DNA of 64,000 nt from Polaribacter sp. (lineage in GTDB: Bacteria; Bacteroidota; Bacteroidia; Flavobacteriales; Flavobacteriaceae). This document shows positions 26,674-36,608 of the stretch, one piece after another (within the stretch, counting starts at the first letter, position 1; every line of letters starts with the position of its first letter). The stretch covers positions 42,443 through 106,442 of the forward strand of contig NZ_JAZGGG010000020.1 of the NCBI RefSeq assembly GCF_036480315.1, written 5' to 3'. A program made the translations under genes and the position numbers. Under the pieces are notes generated by a model that worked only from the letters and a program-made list of their open reading frames with translations, was not told the DNA's origin and made no database searches.

Positions 26674-27138
26674 CTATTTAGATGGAGCCATTTTAGATTG
26701 AATTGCAGATAAAACACTTTTGTATTTTGCCAATTCTTTAACATCTAATTTAGATGCTAATTCTTTACCTTTAACTAATAAAGCAGCTCCTTTAGGTGCC
26801 AATGCAGAAATCTTACCTAAATTACCATTTGCAGCAATATAGTCTTTTGCATAAGCAGCATATTCAGTTAAATTTTTAGTAACAGCTTCATTTGCAAATT
26901 CAGGAATAGAAACACCTTCTAAAGCAGATTCTACCATACCTTGTGCTTTATCAACTACAGCATTTGCAGCATCTTTAGCACCATCAACAACAGTTGTTCC
27001 AGCATCTTTTGTTGCTTCTACAGCTTTACCTGTAGTTTCTACTGTTGCATCTTTTAAATCTGTTGCTCCTTTTTTTGCTTCTTTACAAGAAGTTGCTAAC
27101 AAAGCAACAACTGCCATTGATAATAATACTTTTTTCAT
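26674..27138 (-). CDS. Hypothetical Ala/Lys-rich lipoprotein
   Basis: Lipobox ATSC; 11-residue KDA repeats. Confidence 0.8.
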   Translation of the reverse strand: MKKVLLSMAVVALLATSCKEAKKGATDLKDATVETTGKAVEATKDAGTTVVDGAKDAANAVVDKAQGMVESALEGVSIPEFANEAVTKNLTEYAAYAKDYIAANGNLGKISALAPKGAALLVKGKELASKLDVKELAKYKSVLSAIQSKMAPSK

Positions 27139-27256
27139 TTTTGTTCTAGTTTTTTAAGATTGAATTGCAAATTTACTATAATTAATAGAAAAAACACCAC
27201 TAACATTAGACAAACTACCATAAGAAGTAGGTGAAGTGTTATAAATAATAGACCAA

Positions 27257-29023
27257 CTAAATTGCAATATCTAAACTAAACTGCTTATCATACAAGTTCT
27301 TATAATAACCTTCTTTTTTTTCTAATAATTCTTGATGCGTTCCTTCTTCAACAATTAAACCTTTATCCATTACAATAATTTTATCAGCTTTTTTAATCGT
27401 AGCCAATCTGTGTGCTATTACAATAGATGTTCTTCCTTTAGTAATAGTTTCTGTTGCAAATTGAATCATTTGTTCAGCATTTGCATCTACAGAAGAAGTT
27501 GCTTCATCTAAAATTAAAATACTTGGCGAACTTACATACGCTCTTAAAAAGGCTATTAATTGTCTTTGGCCAGAAGACAACATAGCTCCACGTTCTTTTA
27601 CATTGTATTGATAACCTCCAGGAAGTGTCATGATAAAATCATGAATTCCTATTTGTTTTGCAGCAGCTTCTACTTCTGTTAGCGAAATGCTTTCATCTTT
27701 TAAAGTAATATTATTAAAAATTGAATCTGAAAATAAAAACACATCTTGTAAAACAACGGCAACTTGAGTTCTTAAACTTTCTAAAGTATATTCATCTATA
27801 GAAATGTCATCAACACAAATAGTTCCACTATCAATTTCATAAAATCGATTAATTAAATTGATAATTGTAGATTTACCTGCACCAGTTGCACCAACAATTG
27901 CAATGGTTTGCCCACTTTTTACGTCTAAAGAAATTCCTTTTAAAACTTCCTCATCTTTTACATAACTAAATCTAACATCTTTAAAATTGATGTTTCCTTT
28001 TAAATTTTCTGCTTTAATTGTTCCACTTTTTGCGATAGAACTTTCTGTATCCATCACTTTAAAGACACGTTCTCCAGAAACAATTCCCATTTGAAGTTGA
28101 TTGAATTTATCTGCAATTTGACGTAAAGGTCTAAATAACATCTGTGCCATTTGAACAAATGCAATTACAGTTCCTGGACCAGCAACTTCACCAGAAACTA
28201 TTTGCTTACTCCCAAACCAAACAATTAGACCAATACCAACAGAAGATAAAATTTCTGCTATTGGAAAGAAAATAGAGAAATACCAAATGGTTTTTACATA
28301 CGCTTTTTTGTGCTTATTGTTTATTTCCATGAAGTTTTTGTATTCAATCTTTTCTCTATTAAAAAGTTGAACAATCTTCATACCAGTAACTCTTTCTTGT
28401 ACAAATCCGTTTAAATTAGCTACTTGATTTCTAACTTCTTGAAATGTAACTTTTATTGCTTTTTGAAATATTTTAGTTGCATAAATAAGAATTGGTAAAA
28501 CGGCTAAGGCTATTAAAGCTAACTTCCATTTAAAATAAAACATTAAAGCAGCAACAGCAAACATTTGTAAAATATCACTTACAATTGTAAAAACACCGCT
28601 GCTAAAAAAAGCTGCAATTGTTTCTATGTCAGATACAACTCTTGTTACTAATTTACCTACAGAATTTGTATCGAAGTAAGACATTTTAAACTGCAAAATA
28701 TGTCTAAATATTTTGGCTCTAATATCTCTAATAATATGTTGTCCAACCCAATTGGCGAAATAAATAAAAGTAAAACGTAAAAGTACTTCTAGAAGAATAA
28801 CACCAAACATTATTAGCACATTATGTATAAGCCCTTCAGTGTTTTTTTCTGTAATATATTTATCTATGGTTACTTTAATTAAATATGGGTTTATTAGAGA
28901 AACACCAGCCAATAAAATGGTAGAAGTAGCAGCAATAAAAAAGTTTAATCTATAGCGTTTTGCAAAACTCATAAGTCTTATAAAAATCTGTAAATCGAAA
29001 GCTTTTCCTGTTTTATCTGCCAA
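27257..29023 (-). CDS. ABC transporter permease/ATP-binding protein (MsbA/MdlB-like)
   Basis: 6 TM domain, Walker A GATGAGKS, LSSGQRQ signature, LILDEAT. Confidence 0.95.
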   Translation of the reverse strand: MADKTGKAFDLQIFIRLMSFAKRYRLNFFIAATSTILLAGVSLINPYLIKVTIDKYITEKNTEGLIHNVLIMFGVILLEVLLRFTFIYFANWVGQHIIRDIRAKIFRHILQFKMSYFDTNSVGKLVTRVVSDIETIAAFFSSGVFTIVSDILQMFAVAALMFYFKWKLALIALAVLPILIYATKIFQKAIKVTFQEVRNQVANLNGFVQERVTGMKIVQLFNREKIEYKNFMEINNKHKKAYVKTIWYFSIFFPIAEILSSVGIGLIVWFGSKQIVSGEVAGPGTVIAFVQMAQMLFRPLRQIADKFNQLQMGIVSGERVFKVMDTESSIAKSGTIKAENLKGNINFKDVRFSYVKDEEVLKGISLDVKSGQTIAIVGATGAGKSTIINLINRFYEIDSGTICVDDISIDEYTLESLRTQVAVVLQDVFLFSDSIFNNITLKDESISLTEVEAAAKQIGIHDFIMTLPGGYQYNVKERGAMLSSGQRQLIAFLRAYVSSPSILILDEATSSVDANAEQMIQFATETITKGRTSIVIAHRLATIKKADKIIVMDKGLIVEEGTHQELLEKKEGYYKNLYDKQFSLDIAI

Positions 29024-29026
29024 AAT

Positions 29027-29752
29027 TTAATATTTTATGTTTGTTAAAAATAATCCTTTTGCCGGAACCGACAATCCTGCATTACCTCTATTTTTACTTT
29101 CTATAATTACTCTAAACTCTTCTTTAGAAACTTTACCTAAACCTACATCTACTAATGTACCAACAATAGCTCTAACCATATTTCTTAAAAAACGATTTGC
29201 TGAAATATGAAAAATAATTTCATCTCCTTGTTGTTTCCAATAAGCTTCTGTAACATCGCAGTTAAAAGTGTAAACGTCTGTTTTTACTTTAGAGAATGTT
29301 TGAAAATCTTCATATTCTAAAAGTAATTTTGCCGCTTCATTCATCAAATTCACATCTGGTTTTTGTGAATGAATTTGCCAAGAAAAATCTAATAAAAACG
29401 GGTTTCTGCCTAACCAAATTCGATACTCATAACTTCTAGAAGTTGCATCGAATCTTACGTGCTTTTCATCATCAACTAAAAAAACTTTATAAACTGAAAT
29501 ATCGTTTGGTAAAATTGAATTCAATTTAAAAACAATATTATCTTTTAACTCCAAATCAATATCAAAATGTGCAAACATCTGTGATGCATGCACGCCAGTA
29601 TCTGTTCTTCCTGCACCAACAACTTCTGTTTTTTGTTGAAAAATAGTAGAAATAGCATGGTTTAATTTTTCTTGCACAGAAATAACATCTGGCTGAATTT
29701 GCCAGCCATGGTATTTTTTTCCGTTATAAGAAAGTTCTATAAAATATCTCAA
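29027..29752 (-). CDS. truA: tRNA pseudouridine(38-40) synthase
   Basis: HGWQIQP, GAGRTDTGVHA, FLRNMVR. Confidence 0.97.
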   Translation of the reverse strand: MRYFIELSYNGKKYHGWQIQPDVISVQEKLNHAISTIFQQKTEVVGAGRTDTGVHASQMFAHFDIDLELKDNIVFKLNSILPNDISVYKVFLVDDEKHVRFDATSRSYEYRIWLGRNPFLLDFSWQIHSQKPDVNLMNEAAKLLLEYEDFQTFSKVKTDVYTFNCDVTEAYWKQQGDEIIFHISANRFLRNMVRAIVGTLVDVGLGKVSKEEFRVIIESKNRGNAGLSVPAKGLFLTNIKY

Positions 29753-29815
29753 TAAAGTTTATTTTTGAAGACATCAAAATTACGTAATTTATTTTGTAAT
29801 TAGTACTTTTGAAAT

Positions 29816-30313
29816 GTGAAGAAAATCTTATTACTTTCAGATACTCATAGTTTTATTGATGATCAAATTTTAAAGTTTGTAAAACAAGCAGATGAAGTTT
29901 GGCATGCTGGCGATATTGGCAACTTAAATGTTACAGACACTATAAAAAAATTAAAACCTTTACGTTGTGTTTTTGGAAATATTGATGACAATGATGCGAG
30001 AGTCGAATTTCCTTTAGATGCTAAATTTGAAATAGAAAATGTTACAATTTGGATGACTCATATTGGTGGTTATCCTAATAATTATTATCGAAGAATTAGA
30101 GAGGAAATTAAAAATAATCCGCCAAAAATATTTATTTCTGGACATTCTCATATCTTAAAAGTACAATATGATAAAAAACTAAATTTATTACACCTTAATC
30201 CTGGTGCTGCAGGAAATCATGGTTTTCATAAAGTAAGAACGATGTTGCGTTTTTCTTTAGAAAACGGAGAAATAAAAGATATGGAAATAATTGAATTAGC
30301 TAAACGTGGTTAA
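29816..30313 (+). CDS. Metallophosphoesterase (YfcE-like)
   Basis: SDTH, HAGD, GNID, SGHSH, NPG; GTG start. Confidence 0.92.
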   Translation: MKKILLLSDTHSFIDDQILKFVKQADEVWHAGDIGNLNVTDTIKKLKPLRCVFGNIDDNDARVEFPLDAKFEIENVTIWMTHIGGYPNNYYRRIREEIKNNPPKIFISGHSHILKVQYDKKLNLLHLNPGAAGNHGFHKVRTMLRFSLENGEIKDMEIIELAKRG

Positions 30314-32102
30314 GATTCTCTTTCTCTAAAATAGGCAAATCTACTTCTATTGTTGTCCCTTTACTAGTAAAAGAATTTATATGAAATCTCCCTTTCATCA
30401 TTTGTATTCTCGCTTCAATTTGATTTAAACCGAGCCCGTCTTTAGAAGTTATATTGTGTTTATCAAAACCAATTCCGTCATCAGAAATTACAAAACATAA
30501 CTTACCATTTTCTTCTTTTAATTCAACTGTTGCGTTTTTTGCTTGACTGTGTTTTAAAACATTATTAACAAACTCTTGTATGATATTATATACTTTTATT
30601 TCAAAGCTTTGGTGATATCTTCTTACCATACCAACTTGAGTTTCTATCTTTATTTGAGAGTTTGAATACTTATCTGCCATATCTTTTATGGCATAATTTA
30701 GACCGAATTTTAATAAAACTGAAGATACAAGTGTATGCGATAAGTCTCTAATTTTTTGAGAAGCTTCAGTAATAATTTCTTGAGTTTTATCAATTTCTAT
30801 TGGATGATCACCTTTAAATTGACTTCTTGTTGCTTGTAAATGAAGATTTGCTGAAGACAATAATGCGCTAACACTATCGTGTAAAGTTTCTGCAATATCT
30901 TTTCTTTCAGATTCTTTACCATCTATAGTGGCATTTAAAATTCTTACTTGAGATTCTGATTTTAATTTTTCTATATTTTGATTCTGAATTAGTAGATTTT
31001 TCGAAAGCTGTAACCCTAAATTCTTTTGACGAAGTTTGTAAAAATTTAACCAAAATAATAACGAAATAATTATAATAAAACTACCAATTCCAAAAACCCA
31101 AAAAGTTCTTTGGGCTTTAAGTCGTTTGTTTTCTTCTTCCTTAAGAAGGATTGTCTTTTTTGCATCGAAATTATATTTTTCAGTAACTTCTGTTATCATG
31201 CCTCTAAATTCATGATCTCTTAGACTATCTTTTATATCATATGAAAGTTCTTGATAATCATAAGCTGTGTAATCTTTTAACTTGTATAAATTATAAGAAA
31301 GATTATAATATAACCCTTCTCTTACTTCTAAAGCTTTACTTGTTTTTACATTTCTAATTAAATCTATAGCTTTGAAATATGTTTTTTTTGCTTCATCGTA
31401 ATTATTTTCAGACAAATAAATACTAGATAAATTACCTAAAGCTCCAGCTTCATTTACTTTATTATTTAGTTTTTTATGAATATTAATCGATTTAAATGCA
31501 AACTCTTTAGCTTTATCATAAAGACTATCGTTCATATAAATAACCGATGAATTAGAATAAGCTCTTGATTTGACTTCTAGAATTTTGTCATCATCAATTC
31601 CCTTAATTGAAGAAACTTCATTATAGAAGTACAATGCACTATCCCTATACTTTTTAATACCTTTTTCTGAATTTAAGCGATAGTAAACATTACCGTAATT
31701 AAGGTAAATTTCTGCAAAAATAAACCTTTCATTAAAATTGTTTTTAATTGTATTTTCCTTTAAAATAGGATTATGAAGAATATTTAATGTTTTTTTATAA
31801 TATTTTATTGCATTTAAATTATTTCGAGTAGAATAATAAATATTTCCAATAAGGTGGTTAACAAGAGTTTTTTCCACATTACTTATAGAATTTTCATTTT
31901 TTAAAATATCTAATGCAGATTTTAATGAATTTCCATAATCTTGATTTTCATAAAGTTTTTTTGCATTAATATACCTTTCTGAAATAGAATCTTTTTGTAT
32001 AATAAAAGAAGAAGCTGTACTAAATACAGCTTCTTTACTTTTAGAATATAAAATGTTATTAGTTAAGAGAATTAACAGTATTAATAAAAATTTTCTTTTC
32101 AA
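30300..32102 (-). CDS. TPR-containing sensor histidine kinase (HisKA_3)
   Basis: Signal sequence, TPR helices, TM helix, ERKDIAETLHDSV, DDGIGF. Confidence 0.92.
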   Translation of the reverse strand: MKRKFLLILLILLTNNILYSKSKEAVFSTASSFIIQKDSISERYINAKKLYENQDYGNSLKSALDILKNENSISNVEKTLVNHLIGNIYYSTRNNLNAIKYYKKTLNILHNPILKENTIKNNFNERFIFAEIYLNYGNVYYRLNSEKGIKKYRDSALYFYNEVSSIKGIDDDKILEVKSRAYSNSSVIYMNDSLYDKAKEFAFKSINIHKKLNNKVNEAGALGNLSSIYLSENNYDEAKKTYFKAIDLIRNVKTSKALEVREGLYYNLSYNLYKLKDYTAYDYQELSYDIKDSLRDHEFRGMITEVTEKYNFDAKKTILLKEEENKRLKAQRTFWVFGIGSFIIIISLLFWLNFYKLRQKNLGLQLSKNLLIQNQNIEKLKSESQVRILNATIDGKESERKDIAETLHDSVSALLSSANLHLQATRSQFKGDHPIEIDKTQEIITEASQKIRDLSHTLVSSVLLKFGLNYAIKDMADKYSNSQIKIETQVGMVRRYHQSFEIKVYNIIQEFVNNVLKHSQAKNATVELKEENGKLCFVISDDGIGFDKHNITSKDGLGLNQIEARIQMMKGRFHINSFTSKGTTIEVDLPILEKENLNHV

Positions 32103-32110
32103 AATTAACT

Positions 32111-32779
32111 TTATAATATTATACCTCTTGGTTTTCTTCTTATTACTGACGCTACTTCTCCTCTAGCTTGAGTGTTTTCTAAATGATTTACAAAATCAAA
32201 CTTTAAAGGTTGCCCATCTGTTTTTTCTAAAACTCTAGAGAAATTTGTTTCACTAGACTTTCCTTCTTCTAAATGAATTTCATAAGTTTTTATATTTTCA
32301 TTATAAACAAAGTCTACTCTTACTTTATCATTAATAGAAAAATCTAAATTATAAGTTCCGTCTTGGTTACTAGTTATACTATAGTCTCTTAATTTTTTAT
32401 TAGAATTTCCTTTTAAAGAAAAATTATCATCTGTAATAGTTATTTGAGGTAACTTTTCTGAACTTGTGTCTACAAAACCTACTTTTAATTCTGTACCATC
32501 AATCACTAAATCTCGTGTAGCTCTTCTACTTGTTTGGCTATCTGACGAATATAAATAAAAATGATTCGTATTTGTGTTACTATCTACTACCGTTTCTGTA
32601 TTAGCATTTCCATTTAAATTGTATTCTATCGAGTAGGCTCCAGAAGCATCTCTCTCTATGGTATAAGATTTTAATAAATCTACAGCTTGTTCTTCTGGTA
32701 AAAGGTTTTCATTGGTTGAACATGAAGAGAATACTAATGTAATTGACGCCACTAATGCAAATAAGTTGATAGATTTCAT
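32111..32779 (-). CDS. Hypothetical lipoprotein with internal duplication
   Basis: Lipobox FSSC; LKSYTIERDASGAYSIEY resembles LRDYSITSNQDGTYNLDF. Confidence 0.8.
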   Translation of the reverse strand: MKSINLFALVASITLVFSSCSTNENLLPEEQAVDLLKSYTIERDASGAYSIEYNLNGNANTETVVDSNTNTNHFYLYSSDSQTSRRATRDLVIDGTELKVGFVDTSSEKLPQITITDDNFSLKGNSNKKLRDYSITSNQDGTYNLDFSINDKVRVDFVYNENIKTYEIHLEEGKSSETNFSRVLEKTDGQPLKFDFVNHLENTQARGEVASVIRRKPRGIIL

Positions 32780-32963
32780 AATTGAGAATTGTTTGATAAA
32801 GTTGGTTAAAGTTAATTAGGGGCGGGGCTATTAATATTTTTTTTGAAGTAAGGTTAAGAATGTATGCAACAATTGTATCTGTGGGGGTAAACTATAAAGC
32901 CTTTTAGGGGACGATTTTGAAAAAAAAATCAAAGCTTGTGAATAGTTATTTTGGGGATAGATA

Positions 32964-33629
32964 TTATACTATATTGTTTTTTACTGCATACATTGCTAAA
33001 CCTACTGCATTTTTTACATTTAATTTTCTTAATAAATTTTTTCTATATGTTTCTACTGTGTTTACACTTAAATTCAAAAAGTCTGCCATTTCACTTGTAC
33101 TATATTCTTTAGTAACTAGTTTTAATACATCTACTTCTCTTTCGGTTAGGCTATCAAACAAAAATTTATCTGGTAATTCTCCTTGCGAAACTATTTGACC
33201 TGATAAAGTCTGTAATAAGCTATTTTGGATATCATTACTAAAATATTGTTCTCCTCTTGCAACGGCTTTAATAGCGTTAACTATATGTTCTCCTGCGCTG
33301 TTTTTAGAAATATATCCTTTACAACCAAGGTTTAATACTTCTTGAACAATTTTAACATCATCATAACTAGACAAAACTATTACTTTTTGATTGATTCTTT
33401 TTTTCTTAAAATATTTTAAGACTTCAAAACCATCTAAAACTGGCATTGTAATATCTAAAATTAAAACATCTGCTGCATTTCCTTTAGTACTAAACCAATC
33501 TATTACTTCTTGTCCTGTTAGAGAATATCCTTTAATTTCAATCTCTTTGTCGGTATTTATTACAGCGATGATTCCTTCAATTAATATCTTATGATCATCT
33601 GCTACGTGAACGTATATCTTTTCTTTCAT
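32964..33629 (-). CDS. NarL/LuxR family response regulator
   Basis: REC domain (DDH, LDITMP) plus LTEREVDVL HTH. Confidence 0.95.
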   Translation of the reverse strand: MKEKIYVHVADDHKILIEGIIAVINTDKEIEIKGYSLTGQEVIDWFSTKGNAADVLILDITMPVLDGFEVLKYFKKKRINQKVIVLSSYDDVKIVQEVLNLGCKGYISKNSAGEHIVNAIKAVARGEQYFSNDIQNSLLQTLSGQIVSQGELPDKFLFDSLTEREVDVLKLVTKEYSTSEMADFLNLSVNTVETYRKNLLRKLNVKNAVGLAMYAVKNNIV

Positions 33630-33691
33630 TTTTACTTTACAAATTTAGTACACATATTAAGATTATACAACCCCATTTTCAGTGAAATTTT

Positions 33692-33737
33692 CTTCTCACG
33701 GAAAACCGTGAGTTCTCTCACGGTTTTCCGTGAGAAG
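33692..33737. promoter_or_regulatory. Perfect nested palindrome upstream of the response regulator
   Basis: cttctcacggaaaaccgtgag-ttct-ctcacggttttccgtgagaag; a TAAATTTG -7 element lies on the minus strand at 33640-33647. Confidence 0.6.
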
Positions 33738-33849
33738 GCTATTTTAATAAATTGATTATCAGCAACTTAACAAGTTCTAAAAATAAGATTATTTATCTTA
33801 AAAAAAGAGTTTGCTAAATTATTTTCTTATTACAAAGTCATTATAAAAT

Positions 33850-33882
33850 AAAAAACCGAGAAATAAATTCTCGGTTTTTTTT
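33850..33882 (-). terminator. Intrinsic terminator after DUF4293 gene
   Basis: aaaaaaccgagaa / ttctcggtttttt. Confidence 0.75.
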
Positions 33883-33909
33883 CGCACTAATATAACTAAG
33901 ATGTTAGTT

Positions 33910-34341
33910 TTATCGCAATCTATCTACAGATTTTACGAGATCTTCATCCTTTTTAATAGCTTTGTTTGCCAAAACAATAAGCAAAATAGCTAAAATTGGT
34001 AAGAACATCCCAATACCTTTCTCGGAAACGGTTGCTTCTCCAGGTATAGTTAGAGACAAATAAATCAATAAACCTAATAAAAAAAGGTTGATCAAAATAA
34101 TAATACGACCTACTACAAATTGCAACTTTCTATTACTGAATAGAAATACGGTTACAAAAGAAACAATAGCAGATAATAAGAATAATATAGGAATTAATTT
34201 TAAAAGGGTCGATTCTCTTGTAAATAATTCCAAAACATATACTTTTTCTTTTAGATTGTTCCAAAGATTAAAAACAAAAATCATGCCTCCAGAAACTACT
34301 GAAGCTAATAATAAATATATGGTTTGTATTCTTTGAATCAT
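33910..34341 (-). CDS. DUF4293 family membrane protein
   Basis: MIQRIQTIYL N-terminus, AIKKDEDLVKSVDRLR C-terminus. Confidence 0.92.
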   Translation of the reverse strand: MIQRIQTIYLLLASVVSGGMIFVFNLWNNLKEKVYVLELFTRESTLLKLIPILFLLSAIVSFVTVFLFSNRKLQFVVGRIIILINLFLLGLLIYLSLTIPGEATVSEKGIGMFLPILAILLIVLANKAIKKDEDLVKSVDRLR

Positions 34342-34540
34342 TGTATAAAAAATATGTTTACAAAAGTAAAACTTTCTTTTTTAAAAAGAAAACTTGATAC
34401 TTAAAAAAAAAGTATATATTTGTTACATAATTAACCGCACAAAACTTATTGTATAGTACTATATACAATTCTATCAAAATCAAACAAATTATAAAAATCT
34501 TATTATAATAAGATTTACATTTTAACTTAATATATAAAGA

Positions 34541-36256
34541 ATGTTCGAAATTTCTGAACTAAAAGCAAAGACTCTTGCTGACTTACAAGTAATTGCAAAA
34601 TCTATTGGTCTTACCAAAACAAGTCAACTTAAAAAATTAGATTTAGTATACCAAATATTAGATACACAAGCTGCTAACCCAAGTAAAGCTGCACCTAGTA
34701 GTACTTCTCCTTCTAACAAAGAAGAAAAACCAAAAACCGAAAGACCAAAAAGAAAACGTGTTTCTAAAATATCACCTGTTTTAACAGAAACAAAAGAAGT
34801 ACAAGAGGTTAAAGAAAATAAAGAAGTAGAAACGGCTGAAAGACCTGAAAAAGGAGAAGCAAATCAACCAAAACCTCGCCAACCAAAAGTTCCTCAACAC
34901 AAGCCTAACCCCAGAAAAGAGGTTAATAAAGAAAGTAAGGTTGTGGTGAAAAAAGAAGTTGTGGATTCTAAAAGTGAAGTAAAACAAGAACAAAAAACTG
35001 CGAATATTCCAAACAAACCACAGCATAAAAATCAACAACAAAATAATAAGAACAAAAACAGCAATCAAAATAGGGACAAAAAACCTCAAGTAAGTAGAGG
35101 TAATAAATCTAACAATAGATATAGAGACCCTGATTTTGAATTTGATGGAATTATTGAAAGTGAAGGTGTATTAGAAATGATGCCAGATGGTTATGGTTTC
35201 TTGCGCTCTTCTGATTATAATTACCTATCATCACCAGATGATATTTATGTTTCTCAATCTCAAATTAAATTATTTGGTTTAAAAACTGGTGATACAGTTA
35301 GAGGAAATGTTCGCCCGCCAAAAGAAGGTGAAAAGTATTTCCCATTAATTAGAGTATCAAAAATAAATGGACTAAACCCTAACTTGGTTAGAGATAGAGT
35401 TTCTTTTGAGCATTTAACACCGTTATTTCCTCAAGAAAAATTCAATTTAGCAGAAAAAGGTAGTTCTTTATCAACAAGAATTATCGATTTGTTTTCTCCT
35501 TTAGGAAAAGGGCAACGTGGTATGATTGTAGCGCAACCTAAAACAGGTAAAACAATGCTTTTAAAGGATGTTGCCAATGCAATTGCAGCAAATCATCCAG
35601 AAGTATATCAAATTGTATTATTGATTGATGAGCGTCCTGAAGAGGTTACAGACATGAAGCGTAATGTTCGTGGAGAAGTAGTAGCTTCTACTTTTGATGA
35701 ACCAGCAGATAAACACGTAAAAGTTGCGAATATCGTTTTAGAAAAAGCAAAAAGATTAGTAGAATGTGGTCATGATGTTGTTATTCTTTTAGATTCAATT
35801 ACACGTTTGGCAAGAGCATACAATACAGTTGCACCAGCGTCAGGAAAAATACTTTCTGGTGGTATAGATGCAAATGCATTACACAAACCAAAACGTTTCT
35901 TTGGTGCTGCTAGAAATATAGAAAACGGTGGTTCTTTAACCATTATTGCAACTGCACTTACAGAAACTGGTTCTAAAATGGACGAAGTAATCTTCGAAGA
36001 ATTTAAAGGAACAGGTAATATGGAACTTCAATTAGATAGAAATATTTCTAACAGAAGAATTTATCCTGCTATTGATTTAATTAAATCTTCTACAAGAAGA
36101 GATGATCTATTATTAGATACAAAAACTGTACAAAGAATGTGGGTTTTACGTAAATATCTTGCAGATATGAACCCTATTGAAGCAATGGAATTTATCAACG
36201 ATAGAATTAAGTTCTCTAAAAATAATGAAGAGTTTTTAATATCTATGAAAGGATAA
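34541..36256 (+). CDS. rho: Transcription termination factor Rho with long N-terminal insertion
   Basis: [11 protein letters not shown]-binding motif, [27 protein letters not shown]. Confidence 0.98.
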   Translation: MFEISELKAKTLADLQVIAKSIGLTKTSQLKKLDLVYQILDTQAANPSKAAPSSTSPSNKEEKPKTERPKRKRVSKISPVLTETKEVQEVKENKEVETAERPEKGEANQPKPRQPKVPQHKPNPRKEVNKESKVVVKKEVVDSKSEVKQEQKTANIPNKPQHKNQQQNNKNKNSNQNRDKKPQVSRGNKSNNRYRDPDFEFDGIIESEGVLEMMPDGYGFLRSSDYNYLSSPDDIYVSQSQIKLFGLKTGDTVRGNVRPPKEGEKYFPLIRVSKINGLNPNLVRDRVSFEHLTPLFPQEKFNLAEKGSSLSTRIIDLFSPLGKGQRGMIVAQPKTGKTMLLKDVANAIAANHPEVYQIVLLIDERPEEVTDMKRNVRGEVVASTFDEPADKHVKVANIVLEKAKRLVECGHDVVILLDSITRLARAYNTVAPASGKILSGGIDANALHKPKRFFGAARNIENGGSLTIIATALTETGSKMDEVIFEEFKGTGNMELQLDRNISNRRIYPAIDLIKSSTRRDDLLLDTKTVQRMWVLRKYLADMNPIEAMEFINDRIKFSKNNEEFLISMKG

Positions 36257-36276
36257 ATCAACATTTATAAATTCAC

Positions 36277-36309
36277 AAAACCTTCTTGATTGCTCAAGAA
36301 GGTTTTTTT
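36277..36309 (+). terminator. Intrinsic terminator after rho
   Basis: aaaaccttcttga / tcaagaaggtttt plus T tract. Confidence 0.85.
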
Positions 36310-36315
36310 ATGAAA

Positions 36316-36473
36316 GCAATTTCCTGCTTTCCGTTATATCTTTTTATATTAGATTCAGTTAAACATCTGTAAATACTAATAAGTAATTTCATTATTTGTA
36401 GCCTTTGAAGCTAATTAAGTATAAAAAAGGTTAAGAATATCAACAGTTATTCGAACGACCTCAATCTGGGCTA
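36316..36473 (+). ncRNA. Flavo-1-like structured repeat, copy 3
   Basis: Same 5' and 3' blocks as 24676-24811 with an unrelated insert of about 70 nt. Confidence 0.55.
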
Positions 36474-36555
36474 GAATTATTAATCAATTTAATTATTTTC
36501 TATAACCGATTTTCTTATTTGAAATTTTAAACTCAGATTTAAATTTATAACAAAA

Positions 36556-36585
36556 AAAACCGTTCAAAATTAATTGAACGGTTTT
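36556..36585 (-). terminator. Intrinsic terminator after the peptidylprolyl isomerase gene
   Basis: aaaaccgttcaa / ttgaacggtttt with T tract on the minus strand. Confidence 0.75.
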
Positions 36586-36608
36586 ATATCTGTTTATGTA
36601 AATAACAA

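Noticed and set aside
30300-30313. 14-nt overlap of convergent kinase and phosphoesterase genes
   Set aside because: Short 3' overlaps are common in compact genomes; no evidence of a functional link
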